Assembly: GCA_964596355.1 (NCBI GenBank)
Contig: CAZQTD010000002.1
Location: 24,929 to 88,928, forward strand
Source of the DNA: an uncultured Gammaproteobacteria bacterium
GTDB lineage: Bacteria > Patescibacteriota > Microgenomatia > UBA10105 > UBA927
DNA length: 64,000 nt
Direction: 5' to 3'
Every line of letters starts with the position of its first letter. The stretch's first letter is position 1. The notes beneath the pieces are model-generated. The model did no database searches. It was not told where the DNA came from and saw nothing but the letters and a program-made list of their open reading frames with translations. Below, piece by piece: positions 1-9,283 of the stretch. The position numbers and the translations under genes are program-made.

Positions 1-707
1 GATAGTATTGAACGACAAGCAATGAGGAGTTTAGGGAGATCATTCTCAATTTTCCATACTTCTCCTTTAAGGCCCCTGCCAAATCGCGGCGGATCCATGA
101 TAACGCCGTCATAGACGTTTCCTCGCTTAGCTTCGCGGAGAACAAATTTATACGCGTCATCTTGTATCCACCGGATAAGCCCCCTTGTCTGCGGATTATC
201 TATCGCGGACGCGCGCGCGTTGTTATGTGCCCATGTGATGGCGCTTTTTACGCTGTCTACGTGCGTTACTCTGGCGCCGGCTTTGACGGCGGCGAGGGTT
301 GCGCCGCCGGTATAGGCAAAAAGATTGAGAATGGAAAGCGGCCTGCCGTTTATGGTGTTTTTAAGCCACAGCCAGTTTACCGCCTGCTCAGGAAACACGC
401 CGACGTGTTTAAATTCAGTGGAGCGCAAAGTAAACACGAGGTCATGATACGAAACAGACCAGTTGTCTGGCGGATTTCTTTTACTCTTCCATTGTCCGTT
501 TGTATCATTATCTCGTTCATATAGTGCTTCTGCTTTGTTCCATTCGGACTGCGGGAGAGATTTTCTCCACAGCGCCCTTGGATCCGGACGCGCAATAATA
601 AATCCGTTAGCCGGCGGACCGAATCGTTCGAGCTTGCCGCCTTCGCCAGAGTCGATGAGTTGGTAATCTGTCCAATCGGCAGGGAATTCGAGAAATGGAG
701 TAGGCAT
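1..707 (-). CDS. Class I SAM-dependent methyltransferase, RlmI/RlmK-like (3' end runs off window)
   Basis: Not in ORF track (no stop in window). Manual translation from ATG 707: MPTPFLEFPADWTDYQLIDSGEGGKLERFG...FKHVGVFPEQ...LNLFAYTGGATL...DGVIMDPPRFGRG, with SAM motif LNLFAYTGG and DPPxF. Confidence 0.85.
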   Translation of the reverse strand, partial: MPTPFLEFPADWTDYQLIDSGEGGKLERFGPPANGFIIARPDPRALWRKSLPQSEWNKAEALYERDNDTNGQWKSKRNPPDNWSVSYHDLVFTLRSTEFKHVGVFPEQAVNWLWLKNTINGRPLSILNLFAYTGGATLAAVKAGARVTHVDSVKSAITWAHNNARASAIDNPQTRGLIRWIQDDAYKFVLREAKRGNVYDGVIMDPPRFGRGLKGEVWKIENDLPKLLIACRSIL

Positions 708-722
708 GGTATGATTGTAACA
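707..722. promoter_or_regulatory. Overlapping divergent extended -10 promoters
   Basis: TGGTATGAT (+, 707-715) 9 nt before ATG 725; TGTTACAAT (-, 722-714) 6 nt before ATG 707. Confidence 0.55.
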
Positions 723-724
723 TA

Positions 725-1513
725 ATGAAACGCATCCTTTTGGTTCTGGCTCATCCGGACGATGAATCCTTTGCCTGTGGAGGCACTGTGGCGAAATACG
801 TTGACGCAGGTTTTCGGGCAGACCTCATCTGCACCACACGAGGAGAGGCAGGCGGCGGCGGACCGTTCGGAGACATATCCGGCACTGCTTTGGGTGATAT
901 CCGTCAAAAAGAACTGGAGCTTGCCGCTAGCATACTTGGTATATCCACAATCACATTTTTGGGGTATAAAGACGGAACGCTTCACGATGAGCCCCCCGGA
1001 GAAATAGAAGATGCGGTATTTCGTAAGATGATTGAGATGGTTCCTGACTACGTCATCACGTTTGATACGACAGGGATAAGCAATCACCCTGATCATATTA
1101 AAATATGTTTTTCCGCCACGTATGCATTTCAAAAATACGCGTCATGGGTTATAGACATCATGAAAAGACGGGGCAACGCGGATGAAGGACTATTGCCTAA
1201 ATTGTATTATGTTTCCATGCCTGAAAGCGTGGCAACATTTCTTAAGAAAAAGAAGAATATCCCGGAGGAGTCGTTCGGAAGGCCATGGCAGGGTATTGAG
1301 GACAAACGGATAACCACAGTCATCAACATTGAACGGTACCGGTCAATAAAGAAAAAAGCGCTTCGCGCGCACGCGTCACAAACCAGTGATGTCGAGAGAT
1401 TTTTGTCTCTCGCACGGCACCCCCTTCTTACTTACGAATACTTTATTCTGCGCATGCACGGATTACAGGAAGTATTTATGGGCAAAAACGACCGCTTTGC
1501 CAATCGTTTGTAA
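725..1513 (+). CDS. PIG-L family deacetylase (MshB/BshB-like)
   Basis: AHPDDE, TRGEAG and HPDH metal-binding motifs. Confidence 0.9.
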   Translation: MKRILLVLAHPDDESFACGGTVAKYVDAGFRADLICTTRGEAGGGGPFGDISGTALGDIRQKELELAASILGISTITFLGYKDGTLHDEPPGEIEDAVFRKMIEMVPDYVITFDTTGISNHPDHIKICFSATYAFQKYASWVIDIMKRRGNADEGLLPKLYYVSMPESVATFLKKKKNIPEESFGRPWQGIEDKRITTVINIERYRSIKKKALRAHASQTSDVERFLSLARHPLLTYEYFILRMHGLQEVFMGKNDRFANRL

Positions 1514-1554
1514 CCTATATCACACTTCTTGCTGTATAATAAGGGACGCCAACT

Positions 1555-2355
1555 ATGAGTATTCTCCTTCGGGTTTGCAACCTGTCCGTATCTATCGGGG
1601 AAAAGCCTGTCCTTTATGCCGTATCCTTTGCTCTTAGAAAAGGGGAAATACTTGCGGTGATGGGGCCCAATGGAAGCGGAAAATCCACGCTCGTTTACGC
1701 GCTTATGGGACACCCGAACTACACTATCAACGATCAAACGTCAAACATTACATTGAACGCAAGAGACATTACGCGTTTATCCACCGAAGAGCGGGCGAAG
1801 GCAGGGCTTTTCATGTCTCTTCAATCGCCTGTTGCGATTCCCGGGGTAACGGTTATGAATATACTTCGGACAGCATATCAGGAGAAACAAGCCAAGGCGC
1901 GGAGGGGGAATAGCCCCCTCCATAACCCCGGACTTGCACAGCGCTGGAACGCAAAAGATCTGACGCTTGCGCAATTTACATCGTTGGTAAAAAATCACGC
2001 AAATCGTCTTCACATTGACGAATCGCTTTTGTCCCGCGGTATTCATGACGGATTTTCAGGTGGAGAAAAGAAAAAAATAGAAATGTTGACCGCACTGGTA
2101 CTTAAACCCAGCGTTGCGATGTTTGATGAAATCGATACGGGATTAGATGTGGATGCGCTTAAAGTCGTTGCCTATGGAATAGAGACGCTCGCCAAAAGCG
2201 GCACGGGAGTTATAATCATCACTCATTATCAGAGAATCCTTAAGTATGTGCGGCCCAGCCGCGTTCATGTGCTTGCCAATGGAAGAATAGTAAAGACCGG
2301 TCGCGCGCAGCTAGCCAGAGAAATAGAAGAACAAGGATATACAACATTCCTGTAA
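1555..2355 (+). CDS. sufC: Fe-S cluster assembly ATPase SufC
   Basis: GPNGSGKST, GFSGGEKKK, DEIDTGLDVDAL, ITHY; first gene of suf cluster. Confidence 0.95.
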   Translation: MSILLRVCNLSVSIGEKPVLYAVSFALRKGEILAVMGPNGSGKSTLVYALMGHPNYTINDQTSNITLNARDITRLSTEERAKAGLFMSLQSPVAIPGVTVMNILRTAYQEKQAKARRGNSPLHNPGLAQRWNAKDLTLAQFTSLVKNHANRLHIDESLLSRGIHDGFSGGEKKKIEMLTALVLKPSVAMFDEIDTGLDVDALKVVAYGIETLAKSGTGVIIITHYQRILKYVRPSRVHVLANGRIVKTGRAQLAREIEEQGYTTFL

Positions 2356-2358
2356 CCG

Positions 2359-3741
2359 ATGCAGATACCGTCCTACAAATACGGATTCCGGAAGCCTGAA
2401 CACTATGTGTTTAAGTCAAAAAAGGGGTTTACCGAAGACGTTGTTAAACAAATTAGCGGTCACAAAAATGAACCGGCGTGGATGCGAAATTTGCGCCTTA
2501 AGAGCTTGAACATCTTTCGAAAAAAGCCTCTTCCCTTGTGGGGAGGGGATCTAGCTGGCATCCGATTTGACGACATCTATTACTACATCCGTCCGATTGA
2601 TCGAAAAGTGTCATCGTGGGAAGAACTGCCGGCAGAAATTAAAGATACGTATGACAAAATTGGAATTCCAGAAGCGGAGAAAAAGTTTCTTGCTGGGGTC
2701 TCGGCTCAATATGAAAGCGAGGTTGTGTATAAAAGTATTCACGCGATGCTTGAAAAAAAAGGCGTTATTTTCCTTGATATGGATTCGGGATTGGCTCAAT
2801 ATCCTGATTTGGTCAAGCAATATTTTGGGACGATTGTGCCTCCGACGGATAACAAATTTGCGGCCCTTAATACGAGCGTCTGGAGCGGAGGATCATTTGT
2901 TTATGTGCCAAAAGGCGTGCGGATAGAGTTGCCGCTTCAGGCATACTTCCGCATTAACGCCGCGAACATGGGGCAGTTTGAGCGAACTCTCATCATCGCC
3001 GAAGAGGGAAGCTACGTCCATTACGTTGAAGGGTGCACGGCTCCGATATATTCGACTGATTCGCTCCACAGCGCGGTTGTGGAAATTATTGTGAAAAAAG
3101 GCGCGCGCGTGCGCTATACGACCATTCAAAACTGGAGTACCAACGTTTACAATCTCGTCACCAAGCGCTCGCGGGTGGAAGAAGAAGGCATTATGGAGTG
3201 GGTAGACGGCAATTTAGGTTCGAAACTGACCATGAAGTATCCGAGCGTTTTCCTTTGTGGCAGAAAAGCCCGTGGGGAAGTATTGTCCATTGCCTATGCA
3301 GGGAAAAACCAGCATCAGGATGCAGGAGGGAAAATGATTCACGCAGCCAGTGAAACATCGTCGCAGATTATTTCCAAATCAATTAGTGGCGGCGGCGGAA
3401 GGACGTCCTACCGCGGATTGGTGTCGGTTAACCCGGACGCCCAACACGTCAAAAGTAAAGTTGTGTGCGACGCGCTTATTTTGGATCCGCAGTCGCGATC
3501 CGATACGTATCCAACGATGCAGATTAAGGCGCCAGATACGCAGATGGAGCATGAGGCAACAGTGTCGAAAATCGGAGATGAACAGCTGTTTTACCTGCAG
3601 TCGCGCGGCATAGACAAAGCCCAAGCACAGTCCATGATCGTCAACGGATTTATTGAGCCGATTGTCAAAGAACTTCCGCTTGAATACGCCGTTGAAATGA
3701 ATCGCTTAATTCAGTTGCAAATGGAAGGGTCGGTAGGATAA
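2359..3741 (+). CDS. sufB: Fe-S cluster assembly protein SufB
   Basis: [46 protein letters not shown]. Confidence 0.97.
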   Translation: MQIPSYKYGFRKPEHYVFKSKKGFTEDVVKQISGHKNEPAWMRNLRLKSLNIFRKKPLPLWGGDLAGIRFDDIYYYIRPIDRKVSSWEELPAEIKDTYDKIGIPEAEKKFLAGVSAQYESEVVYKSIHAMLEKKGVIFLDMDSGLAQYPDLVKQYFGTIVPPTDNKFAALNTSVWSGGSFVYVPKGVRIELPLQAYFRINAANMGQFERTLIIAEEGSYVHYVEGCTAPIYSTDSLHSAVVEIIVKKGARVRYTTIQNWSTNVYNLVTKRSRVEEEGIMEWVDGNLGSKLTMKYPSVFLCGRKARGEVLSIAYAGKNQHQDAGGKMIHAASETSSQIISKSISGGGGRTSYRGLVSVNPDAQHVKSKVVCDALILDPQSRSDTYPTMQIKAPDTQMEHEATVSKIGDEQLFYLQSRGIDKAQAQSMIVNGFIEPIVKELPLEYAVEMNRLIQLQMEGSVG

Positions 3742-3743
3742 CT

Positions 3744-4376
3744 ATGAACACAATCGCGCTTGCCGATGGTCAAACGGTTGTGATCGCTCCAAGACGAAAG
3801 CGGTCCGTCTATGCGTACAGTCTTGGAGAGTTAGTTGCGTCAACGATCGTTCTTGTCTCGGTCAATCAGGGAGAGCGGGAGATAACGCTGAGGGTGCACT
3901 TGCGCGGAAGCGGCGCAAAAGCCGTAATCATTGGTATCGTGGTGGGCCGAAGCGGGTCGCGTCTGCTTTTGCATACTCACCAATACCACGAGGCGCCTCG
4001 TGCAACAAGCGATCTTCTCATCAAATCGGTGTTACATGATAAGTCAACATTTGAATACGACGGCGGCATACGTGTAGATGAAAACGCACAACAAACGGAC
4101 GCGTATCAGCGGAATGAAAATTTGCTAATTGGGGTGGATGCGTATGCCAGAAGCGATCCTGCGCTGGAAATCCTGGCAAACGATGTGCGCTGCACGCACG
4201 GGGCCACGACCAGTCCTCTCGCGGACGATCAGGTATGGTATTTGGCAAGCCGAGGAATTTCCGCCTCGCGCGCGCAGCGGCTTCTGATCCGTGGCTTTTT
4301 AACAAGCGCGCTTGAAAACATTTCGGACGAAACAGTGCGAAGCAGTGTATGGCAAAAAATAGAAGCTGCGCTATAA
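3744..4376 (+). CDS. sufD: SufD (short form)
   Basis: AQQTDAYQ, PALEILANDVRCTHGAT, YLASRGI; follows sufB. Confidence 0.9.
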   Translation: MNTIALADGQTVVIAPRRKRSVYAYSLGELVASTIVLVSVNQGEREITLRVHLRGSGAKAVIIGIVVGRSGSRLLLHTHQYHEAPRATSDLLIKSVLHDKSTFEYDGGIRVDENAQQTDAYQRNENLLIGVDAYARSDPALEILANDVRCTHGATTSPLADDQVWYLASRGISASRAQRLLIRGFLTSALENISDETVRSSVWQKIEAAL

Positions 4377-4387
4377 TAAGAGAAACT

Positions 4388-4699
4388 ATGCCAGGCTTTC
4401 GAAATGTATTAAAAACATCAGATCTCTCGGATGGAGCCAAAAAGACCGTGACAGTCAGCGGTAAAAGAATAGCCGTGTTTAATGTGGGCGGAGAATTTTT
4501 TGCCGTGGATGACATGTGCACCCACCAACAGTGTTCACTGGGAACCAATGGATTTTCCGATGGACGGGAAGTCATCTGCGGCTGCCACGGCGCCAGGTTT
4601 GATGTCACGACCGGAAAAGCCCTTTCGCTTCCTGCGACTATAGACCTTGTTACCTACAAAACTAAAGTTGAGGGGGACAACATCCTCATATATGTTTGA
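4388..4699 (+). CDS. Rieske-type 2Fe-2S ferredoxin
   Basis: CTH...CGCHGARFDVTTG Rieske motifs; start set at ATG 4388. Confidence 0.9.
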   Translation: MPGFRNVLKTSDLSDGAKKTVTVSGKRIAVFNVGGEFFAVDDMCTHQQCSLGTNGFSDGREVICGCHGARFDVTTGKALSLPATIDLVTYKTKVEGDNILIYV

Positions 4700-5921
4700 C
4701 GCGCAGTTGTACAGGAAAGATTTTCCCCTTTTCAAACGGCGCATCGGCGGAAAGCACATCGTCTATTTGGACAGTACCGCAACATCGCTAAAACCGCAGC
4801 CGGTCATTGACGCAATACGCTCGTATTACACGATGTTTACCGCCAACGTTTTCCGCGGCATTTACACGACGAGCGAAGAGGCAACAGCAGCGTATGAGGG
4901 AGCGCGGGAAAAAGTCGCGGCATTCATTGGCGCTTTAAAAAGCGAGATTGTGTTTACCAGAAATACCGATGAGTCGATAAGCCTTATTGTCTATTCATGG
5001 TTGCCGTATCATGTAAAAAGAGCTGACGAGATTGTTACAACAATTTTGGAGCATCATGCCAATTTCGTACCGTGGCAGCAATACACAGTGAAGAATAAAA
5101 GCGTACTAAAAATATGGAGAATTGATTCATCTGGTCAACTTAAAATAGCTGATTTGGATAAACTTATTACTCGAAAAACAAAAGTACTCGCTTTTACGGC
5201 AACATCCAACGTGCTCGGCACAATTACACCGGTACAAAAGATTGTTGAAAAAGTCAAATCCATCAATCCTCATTGCCTTATTATCGTGGACGCGGCGCAG
5301 GCGGTTCCCCATATGCCGGTTGATGTTAGGGCATGGGGTGCAGATGTTGTGGCGTTTTCCGGCCATAAAATGCTTGGACCATCGGGAATTGGCGTACTAT
5401 GGGCAAAGAAAAAATTGCTTGAGTCTATGCCGCCTTTCATATATGGCGGCGACATGATCCGCGAGGTGCATGAGAAAGAAACAGTATTTAACGATGTGCC
5501 GCACAAATTTGAAGCAGGAACGCCGTACATAGAAGGCGCCATCGGACTGGGAGCTGCGGTTGATTACCTCTCGCGCCTTGGAATGGACAACATCAGAGCA
5601 CATGAAGAGAAGCTTGTTGACTACGCGCTTCATACCCTGCCAAACGTCAAAGGAATCAGGCTGTTTGGGCCGACGGACCATAAAGTTAAAGGTGGTATCG
5701 TAGCTTTTCAGATTCCTGGCATTCATCCGCATGACATCGCACAGGTATTAAACGAAGACAACATCTGTATCAGAGTCGGGTTTCACTGCGCTCAGCCGCT
5801 TCATGAATATCTTGGAATCGGGCCGACTGCCCGCGCTTCGTTTTACGTTTACACAACAACCGATGATATCGACGCGCTGGCAGAAGGATTGCTTAAGGTG
5901 AAGAAAACATTTCTGAATTAA
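4692..5921 (+). CDS. sufS: Cysteine desulfurase SufS
   Basis: YLDSTATS, EHHAN, DAAQ, FSGHKM (PLP Lys), RVGFHCAQP, RASFY; start set at ATG 4692. Confidence 0.95.
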   Translation: MFDAQLYRKDFPLFKRRIGGKHIVYLDSTATSLKPQPVIDAIRSYYTMFTANVFRGIYTTSEEATAAYEGAREKVAAFIGALKSEIVFTRNTDESISLIVYSWLPYHVKRADEIVTTILEHHANFVPWQQYTVKNKSVLKIWRIDSSGQLKIADLDKLITRKTKVLAFTATSNVLGTITPVQKIVEKVKSINPHCLIIVDAAQAVPHMPVDVRAWGADVVAFSGHKMLGPSGIGVLWAKKKLLESMPPFIYGGDMIREVHEKETVFNDVPHKFEAGTPYIEGAIGLGAAVDYLSRLGMDNIRAHEEKLVDYALHTLPNVKGIRLFGPTDHKVKGGIVAFQIPGIHPHDIAQVLNEDNICIRVGFHCAQPLHEYLGIGPTARASFYVYTTTDDIDALAEGLLKVKKTFLN

Positions 5922-6307
5922 TGGATATCTATCGTGAAACGATCTTAGACCACTACAAGAATCCGCGTAACGCTGGCACGTTGCGTAGTCCTTCGGTGAC
6001 AGCGACGCTGGCCAATTCTGTCTGCGGAGACTCTATTACGATGGACGTACGTTTCGGAGAAAAAAACAGTATTCGTGAGATTCGGTTTTCCGGCGCGGGG
6101 TGCGCCATTAGCATTGCCAGCGCATCAATGCTGACGGAGCTGGTGTTGGGTAAAAAAGCAGAAGATGTTATGAACATGGGGCTGCAAGATATTCTTGATT
6201 TGCTGGGCACATCACTTACCCCCTCACGGACGAAATGCGCTCTATTGCCTTTAGAAACATTGCAAAAAGCAATTCATAGCTGTATAAACAAATCGTATGG
6301 CAGATGA
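5921..6307 (+). CDS. sufU: SufU/IscU-type scaffold or sulfur-transfer protein
   Basis: ILDHYKNPRN, CGD, GCAIS, RTKCALL. Confidence 0.92.
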   Translation: MDIYRETILDHYKNPRNAGTLRSPSVTATLANSVCGDSITMDVRFGEKNSIREIRFSGAGCAISIASASMLTELVLGKKAEDVMNMGLQDILDLLGTSLTPSRTKCALLPLETLQKAIHSCINKSYGR

Positions 6308-6548
6308 CGCACACGTTGCGCGCAAGATTCGTTCGTACACGATGCGCATTGATCAGAATTTATGCATCGGTGCCGCCACCTGTGTTGCTATTGCTCCAAA
6401 AGCATGGGCGCTTGACGACAATGCTAAGGCCATCATTCTTGACTCTGCTGATCAGGAATCCGACGAAACGCTTCTTGAGGCTGCTAAGAGTTGTCCGGTG
6501 ATGGCGATTATCATAACTGATGAAAACGGGAAACAGGTATTTCCGTAG
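6297..6548 (+). CDS. Monocluster ferredoxin (probably 3Fe-4S)
   Basis: CIGAATC...CPVMAI. Confidence 0.88.
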   Translation: MADDAHVARKIRSYTMRIDQNLCIGAATCVAIAPKAWALDDNAKAIILDSADQESDETLLEAAKSCPVMAIIITDENGKQVFP

Positions 6549-6630
6549 CGAATGATTGTTCTTCGTTCCCTCGACATAGTATGTTGCTACTAGTCAGTTC
6601 GTTTCGTTTTGTGATACGCTGAAGATAGCA

Positions 6631-8361
6631 ATGAGAGATTCAGTTATCTGGAAAATAGGCGGTGAGGCGGGGTTCGGGATTATGTCTGCAGGAACGATGA
6701 TCTGCAGGGCATTTTCGCGCAGAGGTTACCACGTGTTTGCGACCAACGAATATCCGTCGCTTATCCGTGGGGGACATAATCTCATAACGGTGAGAATTTC
6801 TTCCAGGTATTTTGAATCGATGAATAGAGAGCTTCATGTTTTGGTTGCACTGAATAAACAAACAGTTGAGCTTCACATGGAAGAGCTTAATGAGGGCGCA
6901 TATGTTGTTTACGACCCGAAAGACTACGAGTGGAAACCACGTGAATTCCCCAAGCCCGTTACGCTTATTCCCGTTCCGTTGTCAGAATTGGTCGCGCAGT
7001 TTAACGGTCCGCCGGTGATGAGAAATACTGTCGCGCTGGGCGTTTCGGTCGCGCTTTTCGGTGCGCCGCTTGAGTCGCTTTCATCGGTTATCCGCGATCA
7101 GTTTAAGAATAAAAAGCAGGCGGTTATCGACGGCAACATCGCGATAGCCAAAGCGGGGTATGACTTCGTTAAGGAGCATTTTGCCAAAGAAACGTCAATG
7201 TACCTTTCTTTCGCAGAAAAAAAGGAACCCCAGCTTGTTCTCAATGCCAGTGAAGCCGTGGGTCTTGGAGCGGTGCGTGCAGGCTTAAAGTTTGCCGCGA
7301 TTTACCCTATGACGCCGATTAACTCGCTCATTACGTTCCTTGCCGACCATGCTAAAAAACTTCAAATCGTCTATAAACAGCCGGAGGATGAAATTGCGGG
7401 TATCAATATGGCACTTGGAGCATCTGTTGCGGGCGTGCGAAGTATGGTTGCAACAAGCGGCGGCGGCTTTGCGCTCATGGTAGAGGCGTTATCGTTGGCC
7501 GGCATGATGGAGCTACCGATTGTCATAGATGTAGGCATGCGCGTGGGCCCGGCGACTGGCATGCCGACATGGACAGAGCAGGGAGAATTGCAATTTGTGA
7601 TCCATGCGGGTCATGGTGAGTTTCCCAGGATCGTTCTTGCTCCCAGCGATGCCGCGGAAAGTTATGCGATGACAATCGAAGCGTTTAACTTAGCTGATCG
7701 GTATCAAACGCCTGTATTTGTTCTTACTGATAAATACATGAATGAAAGCCAGTGGTGCGTGCCACGATCACAGTTTACGAAAGACGTTGTTATTGATAGG
7801 GGCAAGGTCGCCTCTTCTGATATGCTTGCCGCAGATGGATCGTATAAGCGGTATCGGCTGGATGTTGAGGATGGTGTATCGCCAAGGAGCTTCGTCGGTA
7901 TGAAAAACGGTGTATATTATGCCAATGGGTATGAGCACGATGAGCAGGGATTTGTCACCGAGGCGCCGGATATGCGCGTGAAAATGGCAAGGAAACGCCT
8001 TCGAAAAATCGAAGCGATAGCGAAAGATGCCCGCGGTCCGCAGGTTTACGGTGATGAACGTGCGGATTTGACATTCGTCAGCTGGGGATCGTCGCGGGGT
8101 CCTGTCATAGACGCCATGGAGCTCCTTGCATCAAAAGGCAAAAAAGCAAGACTTATTCATTTTACGTGGATGTACCCATTCCCGACAGAACCCGTAATGA
8201 AACTTTTGGGAGATGCCAAAAGGATTATTGATGTGGAACAAAATGCGACAGGTCAGCTGGCCGCACTTATCATGGAGCACACGGGGATAAAGATTAACGA
8301 CAAAATACTTAAATTTGACGGACGTCCATTGTATCCGGAGGAAATAGTAGAAAACCTATGA
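6631..8361 (+). CDS. 2-oxoacid:ferredoxin oxidoreductase alpha subunit (fused gamma domain)
   Basis: GGEAGFGI, YPSLIRGGHN, YPMTP, QPEDEIA, TSGGGF, GPATGMPT. Confidence 0.95.
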   Translation: MRDSVIWKIGGEAGFGIMSAGTMICRAFSRRGYHVFATNEYPSLIRGGHNLITVRISSRYFESMNRELHVLVALNKQTVELHMEELNEGAYVVYDPKDYEWKPREFPKPVTLIPVPLSELVAQFNGPPVMRNTVALGVSVALFGAPLESLSSVIRDQFKNKKQAVIDGNIAIAKAGYDFVKEHFAKETSMYLSFAEKKEPQLVLNASEAVGLGAVRAGLKFAAIYPMTPINSLITFLADHAKKLQIVYKQPEDEIAGINMALGASVAGVRSMVATSGGGFALMVEALSLAGMMELPIVIDVGMRVGPATGMPTWTEQGELQFVIHAGHGEFPRIVLAPSDAAESYAMTIEAFNLADRYQTPVFVLTDKYMNESQWCVPRSQFTKDVVIDRGKVASSDMLAADGSYKRYRLDVEDGVSPRSFVGMKNGVYYANGYEHDEQGFVTEAPDMRVKMARKRLRKIEAIAKDARGPQVYGDERADLTFVSWGSSRGPVIDAMELLASKGKKARLIHFTWMYPFPTEPVMKLLGDAKRIIDVEQNATGQLAALIMEHTGIKINDKILKFDGRPLYPEEIVENL

Positions 8362-9218
8362 GTCTTTCATCATCAGTATTTCAAACGCAGTGTCTGCCCA
8401 CATGGTGTCCGGGATGCGGCAATTTCGGCATCTGGATGGCGCTAAAAGAAGCCCTTGCCAAGCTCAACATCGGTCCAAGCGACGGGCTTATTGTCTATGG
8501 CGTGGGATGTCACGGCAACATGTATGATTGGATGAACATGTATGGGTTCGCAGGCCTTCATGGTCGCACGCTGCCGGTAGCTCAAGGAGCGAAGCTTGCC
8601 AATCACACGCTTCCGGTTATTGTAGTATCTGGAGACGGCGACGGGTTGGGCGAGGGAGGCAATCATTTTATCCATGCTGCCAAACGCAATCCAGATATTA
8701 CTGTTATTATTCATGATAATCAGGTGTATGGACTTACCACCGGCCAAGCCTCGCCGACAGCTAAAGCAGGGTTTAAAACAAAATCTACGCCCGAAGGAGT
8801 TGTGGATGCGCCGATTAATCCTTTGATGATGGCGCTTTCTGCAGGAGCGACCTTCGTCGGACGCGGATTTTCCGGCGATACGCCTCACCTTATTCAGCTG
8901 ATTATTGATGCGATCAGTCATAAAGGATTTGCCCTTGTTGACACGCTTCAGCCGTGCGTGACGTTTGACAAGGATCATACCTACGCGTGGTACAGGGAAC
9001 GATTGTATAAATTGGAATCCCAAAACTATACGCCGGACAATAAACTTCAAGCAATGAAAAAGGCGATGGAATGGGGTGATAAAATTCCCTACGGCATCTT
9101 TTACAAGGAAAACAAGCCCACAAGCGAAGATTATGAACCTGCCCTTGTCGGTGGTCCACTTGCCTATCAGCCTCTCGAAAAAATAACCCTCGATGAAGTT
9201 GTAAACGAATTCATATAA
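8358..9218 (+). CDS. 2-oxoacid:ferredoxin oxidoreductase beta subunit
   Basis: TWCPGCG, LHGR, GDGD TPP motif, YGLTTGQASPT, QPCVTF. Confidence 0.95.
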   Translation: MSLSSSVFQTQCLPTWCPGCGNFGIWMALKEALAKLNIGPSDGLIVYGVGCHGNMYDWMNMYGFAGLHGRTLPVAQGAKLANHTLPVIVVSGDGDGLGEGGNHFIHAAKRNPDITVIIHDNQVYGLTTGQASPTAKAGFKTKSTPEGVVDAPINPLMMALSAGATFVGRGFSGDTPHLIQLIIDAISHKGFALVDTLQPCVTFDKDHTYAWYRERLYKLESQNYTPDNKLQAMKKAMEWGDKIPYGIFYKENKPTSEDYEPALVGGPLAYQPLEKITLDEVVNEFI

Positions 9219-9238
9219 ACACTGTTGAGCATCGCTAG

Positions 9239-9277
9239 TTGACTTATGTGTTAGCAGTTGTTATACTAGACTGCTAA
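9239..9277 (+). promoter_or_regulatory. lon sigma70 promoter with overlapping CIRCE-like (HrcA) operator
   Basis: TTGACT(9239)-17 nt-TATACT(9262); inverted repeat TTAGCAGTT-N9-GACTGCTAA (9251-9277) versus CIRCE TTAGCACTC-N9-GAGTGCTAA. Confidence 0.75.
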
Positions 9278-9283
9278 TCAATT

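Noticed and set aside
162-524. 120-aa plus-strand ORF
   Set aside because: Antisense shadow of the minus-strand methyltransferase
377-1132. 251-aa minus-strand ORF
   Set aside because: Overlaps both the PIG-L gene (antisense) and the real methyltransferase (other frame); no recognisable motifs
2359-3741. Intein in SufB (also checked Lon, RuvB and SecA)
   Set aside because: Lengths are normal and no intein motifs were seen
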